A stretch of 64,000 bases of DNA from an uncultured Acidobacteriota bacterium (GTDB lineage Bacteria > Acidobacteriota > UBA6911 > RPQK01 > JAPXNP01), in assembly GCA_963777605.1 (NCBI GenBank), contig CAVZRV010000029.1, forward strand, positions 320,001 through 384,000, read 5' to 3'. Made by a program: the position numbers and the translations under genes. Shown in pieces: positions 20,701-29,788 of this stretch (position 1 is its first letter; every line of letters starts with the position of its first letter). The notes under the pieces were generated by a model. The model was not told where the DNA came from and searched no databases. It was given only the letters and a program-made list of their open reading frames with translations.

Positions 20701-20950
20701 TGAATCCCGCAACGCCCTGGATCAGGCTTCCATTGGGCCCGTAGGCTTTCACGGTAACCTCGGCCTCGGCGGCGTTCGGGTTGACGAAGGCAACCCCAGT
20801 GAAGGTGTTCACATCGAACCCAAGCCGGGGGAAGTTGAGGGTGCTGGCCCCAAGTGTAGTGCCGGTGCCTCCAGCGATGGACATGACAACGATCAGGATT
20901 ACAGGCAGGGTTGACAGGACGCGGAGGGGAGACTTCATCAGGAACCTCAC
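17738..20950 (-). CDS. Large secreted/surface multidomain protein (four tandem ~110-aa repeats, Ig-like domain, beta-propeller-like region)
   Basis: Signal peptide; repeats of F[PS]...T...N[PL]...G[WF]; INPPLAVVQPGKTTQFTA..VQWDVNG..GVYTAP; GLDQPNSMAFDP and NARGVSVD. Confidence 0.75.
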   Translation of the reverse strand: MRFLMKSPLRVLSTLPVILIVVMSIAGGTGTTLGASTLNFPRLGFDVNTFTGVAFVNPNAAEAEVTVKAYGPNGSLIQGVAGFKNTVQLTIPALRQIALTTTEIFGASLPASQFGWMQATSTSDGITGFFLFLDGSITLFDGADLPESGRKLVFPRIREGEGYSTEINIINPGTQASELDLQLFVGGEGAPKSATGAVTVPAKGIVRLDLKQNFGVEAAPDGTFLLVTGSAPIGGFEMVRSQGQDLVGLNARPTSEGLDILYFPQMAVLGPWVTNLGLVNLSDTPIIATVSARESSGNLYQGNALQGSNPALITLPAGNAVYRDVAELFGFSGDNTVDGWLKVESSGPAMTGFVTYGIPAFGSAAAVASQPEAMDRAIFSHVATSLGYFTGVAILNPGQIANPYRVMAFNKATGASLGIFDGVLQPGERISKLITELIPDNAADGQSGGFIWVKTEQPAYLTSLFGTAPNGNDADQHLVLANIPPQPAPSDYQPDAALPSIKINPPLAVVQPGKTTQFTALDGEGKPQSGVQWDVNGVESGSAQVGVISATGVYTAPGSDPSTLALPVTISGKAGNAKGGASVDVLAKEVLFQGTGVVQSLTYLRSLKLLYSAELQSGVTSSGMNPQAGPSTDIYSATSAGVRTRIRGYSGKNIVKMLDFTAGDGNEYLLFCDQAGGEILRFDPREPRTALVSVWSGLDQPNSMAFDPVTRNLLVADASGIWSVERTSLETDLTTSGASLASVSDDPQVATLISGINNARGVSVDACTGNIYVTDGTGRLLEYDRLTGESRTILNLGSAGQILGLYRKEIPCPAAFQVLIADQESDRIVLAGPSGNFDINWLSDAGVQEISYLPVDNDFTGNSGILIGEASGGTTRAALVPVPDLYVNQQKNVGSAQYGSGFADPVGDTFNPGTDTVDLTLVVGGQGEGPGNIVFSILFNGPIDPAHLSGYLEMDTDRNPNTGATSFIDLTSPYTSNLGVEYRIDFSTYTSYSEYEGEVSVKNAVTGQTVGSALVFRQPGLTDYIAINAFLLDLDVTLPINFGVIIGPSNRPTDVAPNGGYLVPIVGGSY

Positions 20951-21015
20951 TTTTTGATTGGTTACCCTTTACCGGACCAGGGCCTGAATCGTGGCCCTTT
21001 GGGTGAAAACTCAAA

Positions 21016-22068
21016 TTACGGATGTCGGGACGCCGCGCTCTTTTTCTCAGAACGCGGTTGTTGGGGAGTGGTCCCGAGATAGACCTCCTTCACAACATAT
21101 ATCGGCTTCCTCTGGCTCTCGTGATAGACCCGCGACAACATTTCACCGATCAAGCCCATTGTAATGAACTGGATTCCCACCAGCGTCACGAAAATCGCCA
21201 GGAGCAGCAGCGGACGGTCCGCCAGTTCGGCCTTGAACAAGATCTTCTCGAGGACGAGGAAGCCGGTTACGGCGGAGCCTCCAATCAACGCAATCAGCCC
21301 GAGCAGTCCAAAGAAATGGCTGGGACGGGTGGAGAACTCAGACAGAAACTTGATCGTGATCAGGTCGAGAACGACCCGGAACGTGCGGCTGATTCCGTAC
21401 TTGGACTTGCCGGCGACACGCGGGTGATGGTTGACCGGCACTTCAGCAATCCGCGCCCCGATTTGAGCGGCAATCGCCGGGATAAATCGGTGCATTTCTC
21501 CGTACAGGGCGAGTTCGTCAACGATTTCCTTCCGGATCGCTTTCAGGGAACACCCGAAGTCATGGAGTTTGAGCCCCATGATGATCGAGATCAGCCAGTT
21601 GGCCGCCATCGACGGGAGGCGACGGCTCAGGAACGGGTCGTTACGCTTTCTTCGCCAGCCGTTGACCAAGTCGAAACCCGACTCCAGCTTCTCGATGAGG
21701 AGCGGAATGTCTTCGGGATCATTCTGGCGGTCGGCGTCGAGCGTGATCACGATCGAGCCGCGACTGGCCTTGAGCCCGGCCGAGAGAGCTGCGGTTTGAC
21801 CGAAATTGCGTCGCAGTCGGATCAGGCGACAGCGCAGCTCAGTGTCACAGACGGTTTTGATCGCGCGATCACTGCCGTCCGTGCTGCCGTCGTCAACGAA
21901 GGTGATTTCCCATTCACGGTCGAGCCTTATGAGCACGGAAATCAGTGACGTGGCCAGTGCTTCAATGTTCTCGACTTCGTTGAAAACCGGGAGTACGACC
22001 GAAATCTGGATTGGTCCGGATGCACCCAATGTCGGGTTGCTGAGTCCATCCGAAACCAGCTGGCTCAC
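21016..22068 (-). CDS. GT2 polyprenyl-phosphate glycosyltransferase (ArnC/DPM1-like)
   Basis: SVVLPVFNE, VDDGSTD, RRNFGQTAAL, DADRQNDPEDIP, HDFGCSLKA, GEMHRFIP and two C-terminal TM helices. Confidence 0.92.
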   Translation of the reverse strand: MSQLVSDGLSNPTLGASGPIQISVVLPVFNEVENIEALATSLISVLIRLDREWEITFVDDGSTDGSDRAIKTVCDTELRCRLIRLRRNFGQTAALSAGLKASRGSIVITLDADRQNDPEDIPLLIEKLESGFDLVNGWRRKRNDPFLSRRLPSMAANWLISIIMGLKLHDFGCSLKAIRKEIVDELALYGEMHRFIPAIAAQIGARIAEVPVNHHPRVAGKSKYGISRTFRVVLDLITIKFLSEFSTRPSHFFGLLGLIALIGGSAVTGFLVLEKILFKAELADRPLLLLAIFVTLVGIQFITMGLIGEMLSRVYHESQRKPIYVVKEVYLGTTPQQPRSEKKSAASRHP

Positions 22069-23780
22069 GTGGTTGAACCTCCCGCCAGTTCTCTGAACGG
22101 TTCGTAGGAGTCCAGCATCGCAACCGCGATGATCTGATCGCCCACTTCCAGTCTCGTCGGCCCTCTTGGAATGAGCATCTCGCTTCCACGCAAAACAGCG
22201 ACGGCAGTCACGTTCTTGATGTCCCCCATGCTCTCGGCGACGGTCTTGCCTGCCAGCGGGGAATCCGGCCCAATCTTGACTTCCACAAGAAGCCCTTCAC
22301 CCCCTCCGATGGGGATCGGTTCGCCGTAGCTGAGGAGGCTGACCAGCCGAGGCAGGCTCACGTCCTCGGTGTCCACCTGGCCGGTTTCGAGCATCCGAAG
22401 CGCTCTCCGGACGAACACCCCTCGATGAACCGGGGAGTCCTCTCTGCTTTCGACTTGAGATTCGTAAAGGGTCGGATATTCCCACCCGCGGGTAATGGAA
22501 CGCTGAACCATGAATGACAGGACGTTTGCCAGCATCGCAGGGACGATCAGTCCGTAGCCGCCGGTCATTTCGGCCACCATGATCAGGGTGGAAATCGGCG
22601 TGCGCGCGGCTCCGGCGAAGATGGCGGCCATACCCACCAGCACCATGGACGCTACGCTCAGTTGAAGGGCGGGAAAGAGCTGGGAACAGATCGTCCCGAC
22701 GAGTCCCCCAAGCATGGCGCCGATTACTACGGTCGGGGCAAAGACGCCCCCTGAGCCTCCCGAGCCGATCGTCAGGGCCATGCCGGGTCCCTTCAAAACG
22801 AACAGCAGTGCAATAGTCCCCAACGTCAGTTTTCCCGCCATGGCCAACTCTACCCATCCGTATCCCGTGCCCAGTATGGCGGGGAATGCCATTGCGATCA
22901 GCCCGACGAGAAGTCCTCCGATCGCCGGCTTCAGGTGGGGTGGTCCCGGAATCCGCAGAAACAGATCTCGAATCCGGTAGAACATCGTCGGAAGCACCGA
23001 GCCGAACAGGCCGGCGACAACGCCGAGGACAGCGAATACGGCCAGGGTCTTGGGGTCGTGAAACGACAAGTTGCCCGGAATTGCGAAGATCGGCGACCAG
23101 CCCACGAAGAACCCGTGAAATGCGTACGCCGTAACGGCAGAAATGACGGTGAAAATCAGCGCTTCCGACTCGAACACCATCCCGGAATAGAGGATCTCGA
23201 CAGCGAAAATGGCCATCCCCAGCGGTGCCCGGAAAATGGCGGCCAAACCGCCGGCCATCGCTGCCAGGAGCACGATGCGCTTTTCCTGCCCCCTCAGGTG
23301 AAGGGCCTGGGCCATCATGGTGCCGATCCCGGCGCTGATCTGAGCAGTCGGGCCCTCTTTTCCGGCAACTCCGCCCGATCCGATCGTCACGGCCGAGGCG
23401 ACTGCTTTAACGAAGGGAACCCTCGCGTTTACGGCCCCACCGCGCTGGTGGTAGGACCCGACGGCGGCATCCGTTCCGTGCCCTTCGGCCTCGGGAGCGA
23501 GGCTGAATACGATAATCCCGCTGATCAGTCCACCCAGGGTCGTGGCTACAGGAATCCACCATCGAGAGAAGAGGCCTGGGACCTGTGCCAGCGGATCGAG
23601 CGTTCCCACGCGGGGTGGAACGTATCCCGAGATAGGGATCAGAAGGCTGTTTTGCGCGACTTCAACGCAGAAATCAAATACCAGGGCAGACGCCCCGCCG
23701 ACGAGTCCAACAATGAGGCAGATCCAGATCATGCGGGATCGTGGAGGAAATACACTCGTGGCAGAATTGTCCGGTTTCAC
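22065..23780 (-). CDS. ClC-family chloride channel/transporter with C-terminal TrkA-C (RCK_C) domain
   Basis: APEAEGHGTD, GKEGPTAQI, AAIFRAPLG, GGSGGVFAP; C-terminal SPLAGKTVAE...LRGSEMLIPRGPTRLEVGD. Confidence 0.92.
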   Translation of the reverse strand: MKPDNSATSVFPPRSRMIWICLIVGLVGGASALVFDFCVEVAQNSLLIPISGYVPPRVGTLDPLAQVPGLFSRWWIPVATTLGGLISGIIVFSLAPEAEGHGTDAAVGSYHQRGGAVNARVPFVKAVASAVTIGSGGVAGKEGPTAQISAGIGTMMAQALHLRGQEKRIVLLAAMAGGLAAIFRAPLGMAIFAVEILYSGMVFESEALIFTVISAVTAYAFHGFFVGWSPIFAIPGNLSFHDPKTLAVFAVLGVVAGLFGSVLPTMFYRIRDLFLRIPGPPHLKPAIGGLLVGLIAMAFPAILGTGYGWVELAMAGKLTLGTIALLFVLKGPGMALTIGSGGSGGVFAPTVVIGAMLGGLVGTICSQLFPALQLSVASMVLVGMAAIFAGAARTPISTLIMVAEMTGGYGLIVPAMLANVLSFMVQRSITRGWEYPTLYESQVESREDSPVHRGVFVRRALRMLETGQVDTEDVSLPRLVSLLSYGEPIPIGGGEGLLVEVKIGPDSPLAGKTVAESMGDIKNVTAVAVLRGSEMLIPRGPTRLEVGDQIIAVAMLDSYEPFRELAGGSTT

Positions 23781-23905
23781 TTTGACTAGTCCCCTGTAGT
23801 TGCAGGCAAAGACCCTGGCTATTCTCCGCCAGAGGCGCCCTGATGTCCAGTAAGGCCCTGGGCGGGATCCTCACTAATTGGCATGGTTTAGTACCGAGGT
23901 GACAC

Positions 23906-24116
23906 TCAGGGAGCGTGAACGTGGAATGACTCGACGGTTAGGCCTTCCTCGAGTTCATCGATCAGCCTTTTGAGAAAGATTTCCCGTTGTTTGAGTCCTT
24001 CCCTGAATGTCATGGAATCCGTGTCGGCAATCTCCATCCACAGGTCAGAAAGGTAGCTCGAGAGTACCTCTTTGAATGCGGATGCTTCGTTCGGCGTGAG
24101 TCCGAGTCCGTATCAT
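23906..24116 (-). CDS. Small alpha-helical hypothetical protein, 69 aa (+1 frame break in codon 3)
   Basis: RBS GGAGAG before ATG 24116. Removing one base gives MIRLGLTPNEASAFKEVLSSYLSDLWMEIADTDSMTFREGLKQREIFLKRLIDELEEGLTVESFHVHAP*. Not in the ORF track. Confidence 0.65.
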
Positions 24117-24187
24117 CGCGTTCACTCTCCTGCAATTGCCTGAGCCAATTTTAGACGAAGTCCGCGCTCGGCGCTATGATTGCCTCC

Positions 24188-27100
24188 ATGCGATCCTCTC
24201 CAATACGGACTTCCTTACTCGTCAACTGTGTCTTTATGGTGTCTTCCTGGGCTTTTCCAGCGGCGGCCGGGAGCGCCCAGGAAGCGGCGGCCCCGGAGAT
24301 CCGTGCGTTCAGTCCCCAGGGAACGGTCAAACAGGCCAATCAGGTTCGGGCGGTCTTTTCAGAGCCGATCGTTTCCTTCGGAGATCCGCGGGGAGCGGCG
24401 GATTCTCCCTTTTCGATCAGTTGTGATTTGCCGGGACAGGGAATCTGGATCGATCCGCTGACCTGGGTGTACAACGTCGAAGGCCAGGTTCCTGCTGGTG
24501 TTCAGTGCCGGTTCGACCTCGCTCCCGAACTTCGCACCCTCTCAGGGAAGCCGTTGACCGGTCGAAGGAGCTTCTCATTCAACACCGGGGGACCGGCCGT
24601 TATGGAAGTGTATCCCGGGGCGGGGGCGGAGTCGATCGACGAGAACCAGATCTTCATACTGCGCCTGGATGGGCCGGCACTTCCCTCCTCGGTGCAAAGC
24701 CGGGCCTATTTCATTGTCGAAGGAATCGCCGATGCCGTGGGAATCGACATCATAACCGATGGTGCCCGGGAAGAGATCCTGAGTACTCAATATCGTAATC
24801 GCAACGCTCCCCCCGATCTGTTCCTGCTCGTCAAACCGCGCCTGACACTCCCGGCCGGAGGGGGGGTGCGTCTCGTCTGGGGGAGCGGGATCAGCTCTCC
24901 CTCTGGAGTTTCCACCCGCGAGGAGCAGGCGTTCGATTTCAAGGTGAGACCCCGGTTCAGCGCCCGTTTCGCTTGCGAACGTCTCAATCCCGACCGTGCC
25001 TGCATGCCGCTCGGCGACATGAGGGTGGTCTTCTCGGCACCGGTCAACGCGGAACAGGTTCGAAAAGTAAGCCTGACCGATGGCAACGGAGAGACCCGGG
25101 AGGCCGACGTCGGGGATGAGGAATATGTCTGGCAGGCACGCTTCGAGGGCCCCTTTCCTCCAAGTGCGGATTTCACGATCGAACTGCCTGCCGGGGTGAC
25201 CGATGACTCGGGTCGCGCGCTTTCCAACCAGGAGGAGTATCCCCTTCGAGTCGCGACCGACGACTATCCGCCACTGGCCAAGTTTTCAGGAGACTTTGGC
25301 ATCCTGGAGTCGTCCGACCCTGTACTCCCCGTGACGGTTCGGAACGTCGAAACTGAGTTGCGGTTTGACCGGCTCAAAGTGGCGGGCCCGACGACGGTCT
25401 CGGGTTCCATGGTTCGGGTGAGTTCAGAAGATGCCGAGGAGATCCTTTCCTGGATCCGGAAGGTCCAGAGTCGAGGTTGGGACGATCGGGGGCAGTCGGT
25501 CTTTCAAGCCGACTCGTCGGTGGAGCCGACCGAATTCACTCTTCCCCGGCCAGATGAAGGGGACGCTGCCGAGGTTCTGGGGATGGAACTTCCCGGTCCC
25601 GGCTTCTACGTCGTTGAACTGGAGAGCCCGCTCATGGGGGCGGCACTCATTGACCCGCCCGGCACCATGTACGTGGCGACTACTGCGCTGGTGACCAACC
25701 TTGGAGTCCATCTCAAGTGGGGGTTCGAGAACTCCCTTGTCTGGGTCACCAGCCTGGACAGTTCCAGACCGGTCAAAGGTGCCGAGTTGGAGATTTACGA
25801 CTGTGAGGGTCGGCTCCTGTGGGAGGGGGAGACAGACTCCAGCGGCTTGTCCAGAGTCGACACTCTCCCCGCCCCGGACAAGGTTGCTCATTGCGGTTGG
25901 GGCCGACTCCAGTCGGGAATCCTGGTGACCGCTCGAAAAGGGGCCGACTACAGCTTTGTTCATTCCGACTGGAACGAGGGGATTGAACCGTGGCGATTCC
26001 AGTTGCCGGTTGCCTACGATTCCTCTCTGCTTGCGGTGCACACGATTCTGGACCGGGCGCTTGTCCGGGCCGGAGAGACGGTCCACATGAAGCACATCCT
26101 GAGGAAGCGTTCGACGGATGGATTCAACCTTCCCGCCCCCGATGAACGGCCCGAAACTCTCGTGATCACTCATATTGGAACGTGGCAGGAATACACGCAG
26201 GAGCTTCGTTGGGAACGGGGAGGTGTCGCCGAATCGGATTGGGAGATCCCGAGAGATGCCAAGTTCGGCAGTTACCAGGTGAAGCTTCGGGACAACCAGG
26301 GACATGACTGGGACGCCGCCTCCTTTCGGGTCGAGGAGTTTCGGGTTCCGCTCATGCGCGCTTCGATTCAGCCTCCGAAGCAACCACTGGTTGAACCCGA
26401 GGACGTCCTTCTCGATGTCTCGGCCGAGTATCTTGCCGGTGGTGCAGCGAAAGGATTGGACGCGGTTCTCCGGTATCAGGAAGAGCCGGGATCGCCCCGG
26501 CCGGGAGAAGACTTCGACGGGTTCAGCTTTGGTGACGCGCCGGTGGAGGTCGGAGTCCAGCGGGCCCGGGAAGCGGAAACGGCGGCCGACCATTACCGGA
26601 AGACCTCGTTTGAACTGGACGACCACGGAGGAAAGCAGGTCACGATCGAGGGGATTACGCCGTCCCGCCGCTTTCGAAATCTGGTGGCTGAACTCGAGTT
26701 CCGGGACCCCAACGGCGAAGTCCAGACGGTTTCGAGTCGAGTTCCGATCTGGCCGTCGGCAAGGATGGCGGGGGTGAAGGTCAAGGAGTGGATGCAACCC
26801 GACGACAAGATCCAGTTCAGTGTTGCAGTGATCGATCCGGCGGGGAAACCGGTCTCAGACTGGCCGGTCAAGGTTGAGCTCTTCGAGCGCAAGACGTACT
26901 CTCACCGAAAGCGCCTCGTCGGGGGTTTCTATGCCTACGAACATGTCCGGGAAATCGTTTCCGACGGCGTTCTGACCGAAGGAGCAACGGACGAGAACGG
27001 AATTCTGAAGTACGAGGGACCATCTCCGGCATCCGGCAACCTGATCCTGATGGCCAGCGCCGTCGACAACGAGGGTCGCACTTCTTTCGGTACTGTCGAT

Positions 27101-29788
27101 CTATGGGTGAAGGGAGCGCAAGAGTGGTGGTTCGAAGTCGAAGACAATGACCGGATCGATTTCATTCCGGAACGAAAGCGCTACGAAGCCGGCGAGACCG
27201 CCCGGTTCCAGCTTCGGATGCCGTTCCGTGAGGCAACCGCCCTGATCACGGTTGAACGGGAAGGCGTCGCCGAAGCCTTCGTGAAGCGGGTCTCCGGTGA
27301 CGACAGCGTCGTTGAGATTCCGGTCAAGAGTTCCTATTCACCCAATGTCTTCGTTTCGGCCCTTGTAGTCCGGGGCAGGGTTGCAGGGGTCGCTCCCACG
27401 GCAATCGTTGACTTGGGGAAGCCCGCCTACAAGTTGGGGATCGGCGGGATTGAAGTCGGTTACGGCGATCATGCTCTCAAGGTGGATGTGCGGACCGACC
27501 GCGAAGTCTACCCGGTACGCGACCACGCGCAGGCTCGGATCCGGGTCACCGAACCGGATGGGAGTCCCTTGCGACCCGGCGCTGAGGTCGCGGTTGCGGT
27601 CGTGGACGAGGGCTTGCTCGAACTGGCGCCAAATTCATCCTGGGATCTTCTCGAGGCCATGATGGGCCGGCGGGGTTACGGAATCAGGACTGCGACTGCC
27701 CAGATGCAGGTGGTGGGGAAACGCCACTTTGGACTCAAGGCCCAGCCGCACGGAGGAGGAGGGGGCCGCCAGTTAACGCGGGAGTTGTTCGACACGCTGC
27801 TTCTCTGGAAAGGGAGGCTGGTTCTGGACGACGACGGGCAGGCCACTGTTGACGTTCCCTTGAATGATTCAATTACCAGTTTCAGGATCGTGGCGGTCGC
27901 TACCGGCGGTCTCGACCGATTCGGGACCGGCTCGGCGTCGATCCGGACAACCCGGGATGTCATGATCTTCTCCGGCCTTCCTCCGGTTGTCCGGGACTCT
28001 GACCGATTTGAGGCGCCCTTTACCGTTCGGAACGCCTCGATTGGAGCGATGGAGATTTCGGTGAAGATCGCAGTCGCTGAATCCGGTTTGAGCCTGGATC
28101 GAAAGGTCAGACTTGGCCCCGGTGACGCCACGGACATCACTGTCCCTGCCGACGTTCCCGCCGGGCTCGAACAGATGACCTGGACCGTATCGGCGGTAGT
28201 CGATGGAACCGTCAAGGACCGAATCTCGGTAGCCCAGACCGTGCTTCCCCTGGTTCCCGTGCGCGCAGTCCAGGCGACGATGACATCACTTTCCGATCCC
28301 TTTTCGATGCCGGTCAGCCGGCCTGCGGACGCGATCCAGGGAAAGGGGGGGATCGAGGTCGATTTGAGTCCTTCGCTGGCCGGTGGGCTTGAAGGCGTGA
28401 GCAGTTATATGAGGACGTACCCGTACAGCTGCCTCGAGCAGGAACTCTCCCGTGCGGTGAGCCTGGGCGATCGGAAAAGTTGGGATCACTGGATGCAGGC
28501 ATTGCCTTCGTACCTGGACCAGGATGGGCTGGCGCGCTATTTCCCTGGTTCGGAATCGGGCAGTGATGTGCTCACGGCCTACCTGCTGGCGCTGGCCGAC
28601 GAGACCGGCTGGCCGGTCCCGGACAACTACCGGGACTTGATGCTGAATGGACTCGATGCCTTCGTCGCGGGGCGCATACCCTTTGGCTATTCGTTGGGGG
28701 CCGACCTGACCCTGCGCAAGATTTCGGCGATCGACGTGCTGTCCAGGTTCGGCCGGGCCACTCCGGAAATGCTTTCATCGGTGACGGTCGCCCCCAACCT
28801 GTGGCCGACTGCCACGTTGACCGACTGGTACGGAATCCTGACCCGGATGACCGCGGTTGCCGGGAGGGATTCGCGGCTGGAAGAAGCCCGCCAGATTCTT
28901 CGCTCGCGGCTGACTTACCGGGGTACTTCTGCGGCCTTTTCAGCGGAAACGGGCCGGGGACTCTACTGGCTGATGGTCTCGCGCGACGTCAGCCAGGCTC
29001 GAATGGTCCTGGCCGTTCTTCGAGACTCGACCTGGCGCGAGGATCTGCCGAAGCTGGTCATGGGTTTGATGGGGCAACAGTCGGAGGGTCGTTGGGATCT
29101 CACGACGGCCAATGCCTGGGGCAGTCTGGCGGTCAGGAAGTTCGCCGCGCTCTACGAGAAGGAAACTGTTTCGGGAACGACGGCGGTCGCACTGGGATCG
29201 GATCGTGAGACGGTGGATTGGAATTCCGGTCCCACCGGTGATCGGAGTATCGACCTCCCCTGGCCCGAGGCCGAATCGGCACTCCAGTTGCGACACGACG
29301 GTACCGGCGCGCCCTGGGCGTTCGTCCGGGCTACGGCTGCCGTTCCCGGGGTAATGCCCTCGAACGGTTTCGTGGTTCGACGGCGAGTGGCACCGGTCGA
29401 GAAGAAGCGGGACGATGGGTGGTCCATCGGGGATATAGCCCGGGTCCGGCTCGAGATCGAGGCCCAGGCAGACACGGCCTGGGTTGTTGTGAGCGACCCG
29501 ATCCCATCGGGGTCCCTGATCCTCGGATCCGGCCTGGGGCGGGATTCGGCCCTGGCAGTGGCGGGAGAGGCCTCTCCCCGGGGGCGGACTCCTTCGTTCG
29601 AAGAGCGTTCTTTCAGTTCCTACCGGGCCTATTACTCCCTGCTGCGCCGGGGATCGTACGTGATCGAATACACGGTCCGCCTCAACGCAGCCGGGACTTT
29701 CCATTTGCCACCGACCCGAATCGAAGCGATGTATCAGCCCGAGGTCGCCGGCGAACTGGCGGGAGAGCAATGGGTCGTCGCGCCATGA
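24188..29788 (+). CDS. Bacterial alpha-2-macroglobulin family protein
   Basis: MG domains (VTNLGVHLK, DRALVRAGETVHMK, FRVEEF, AVVDEGLL, NDSITSFRIVAVA) and intact thioester YPYSCLEQ; directly upstream of pbpC. Start 24176 or 24188. Confidence 0.93.
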   Translation: MRSSPIRTSLLVNCVFMVSSWAFPAAAGSAQEAAAPEIRAFSPQGTVKQANQVRAVFSEPIVSFGDPRGAADSPFSISCDLPGQGIWIDPLTWVYNVEGQVPAGVQCRFDLAPELRTLSGKPLTGRRSFSFNTGGPAVMEVYPGAGAESIDENQIFILRLDGPALPSSVQSRAYFIVEGIADAVGIDIITDGAREEILSTQYRNRNAPPDLFLLVKPRLTLPAGGGVRLVWGSGISSPSGVSTREEQAFDFKVRPRFSARFACERLNPDRACMPLGDMRVVFSAPVNAEQVRKVSLTDGNGETREADVGDEEYVWQARFEGPFPPSADFTIELPAGVTDDSGRALSNQEEYPLRVATDDYPPLAKFSGDFGILESSDPVLPVTVRNVETELRFDRLKVAGPTTVSGSMVRVSSEDAEEILSWIRKVQSRGWDDRGQSVFQADSSVEPTEFTLPRPDEGDAAEVLGMELPGPGFYVVELESPLMGAALIDPPGTMYVATTALVTNLGVHLKWGFENSLVWVTSLDSSRPVKGAELEIYDCEGRLLWEGETDSSGLSRVDTLPAPDKVAHCGWGRLQSGILVTARKGADYSFVHSDWNEGIEPWRFQLPVAYDSSLLAVHTILDRALVRAGETVHMKHILRKRSTDGFNLPAPDERPETLVITHIGTWQEYTQELRWERGGVAESDWEIPRDAKFGSYQVKLRDNQGHDWDAASFRVEEFRVPLMRASIQPPKQPLVEPEDVLLDVSAEYLAGGAAKGLDAVLRYQEEPGSPRPGEDFDGFSFGDAPVEVGVQRAREAETAADHYRKTSFELDDHGGKQVTIEGITPSRRFRNLVAELEFRDPNGEVQTVSSRVPIWPSARMAGVKVKEWMQPDDKIQFSVAVIDPAGKPVSDWPVKVELFERKTYSHRKRLVGGFYAYEHVREIVSDGVLTEGATDENGILKYEGPSPASGNLILMASAVDNEGRTSFGTVDLWVKGAQEWWFEVEDNDRIDFIPERKRYEAGETARFQLRMPFREATALITVEREGVAEAFVKRVSGDDSVVEIPVKSSYSPNVFVSALVVRGRVAGVAPTAIVDLGKPAYKLGIGGIEVGYGDHALKVDVRTDREVYPVRDHAQARIRVTEPDGSPLRPGAEVAVAVVDEGLLELAPNSSWDLLEAMMGRRGYGIRTATAQMQVVGKRHFGLKAQPHGGGGGRQLTRELFDTLLLWKGRLVLDDDGQATVDVPLNDSITSFRIVAVATGGLDRFGTGSASIRTTRDVMIFSGLPPVVRDSDRFEAPFTVRNASIGAMEISVKIAVAESGLSLDRKVRLGPGDATDITVPADVPAGLEQMTWTVSAVVDGTVKDRISVAQTVLPLVPVRAVQATMTSLSDPFSMPVSRPADAIQGKGGIEVDLSPSLAGGLEGVSSYMRTYPYSCLEQELSRAVSLGDRKSWDHWMQALPSYLDQDGLARYFPGSESGSDVLTAYLLALADETGWPVPDNYRDLMLNGLDAFVAGRIPFGYSLGADLTLRKISAIDVLSRFGRATPEMLSSVTVAPNLWPTATLTDWYGILTRMTAVAGRDSRLEEARQILRSRLTYRGTSAAFSAETGRGLYWLMVSRDVSQARMVLAVLRDSTWREDLPKLVMGLMGQQSEGRWDLTTANAWGSLAVRKFAALYEKETVSGTTAVALGSDRETVDWNSGPTGDRSIDLPWPEAESALQLRHDGTGAPWAFVRATAAVPGVMPSNGFVVRRRVAPVEKKRDDGWSIGDIARVRLEIEAQADTAWVVVSDPIPSGSLILGSGLGRDSALAVAGEASPRGRTPSFEERSFSSYRAYYSLLRRGSYVIEYTVRLNAAGTFHLPPTRIEAMYQPEVAGELAGEQWVVAP

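Noticed and set aside
24131-24147. Sigma54-like TGGCTCAGGCAATTGCA upstream of the small minus-strand gene
   Set aside because: Spacing is GG-N11-GC, and the implied start would cut off the RBS.
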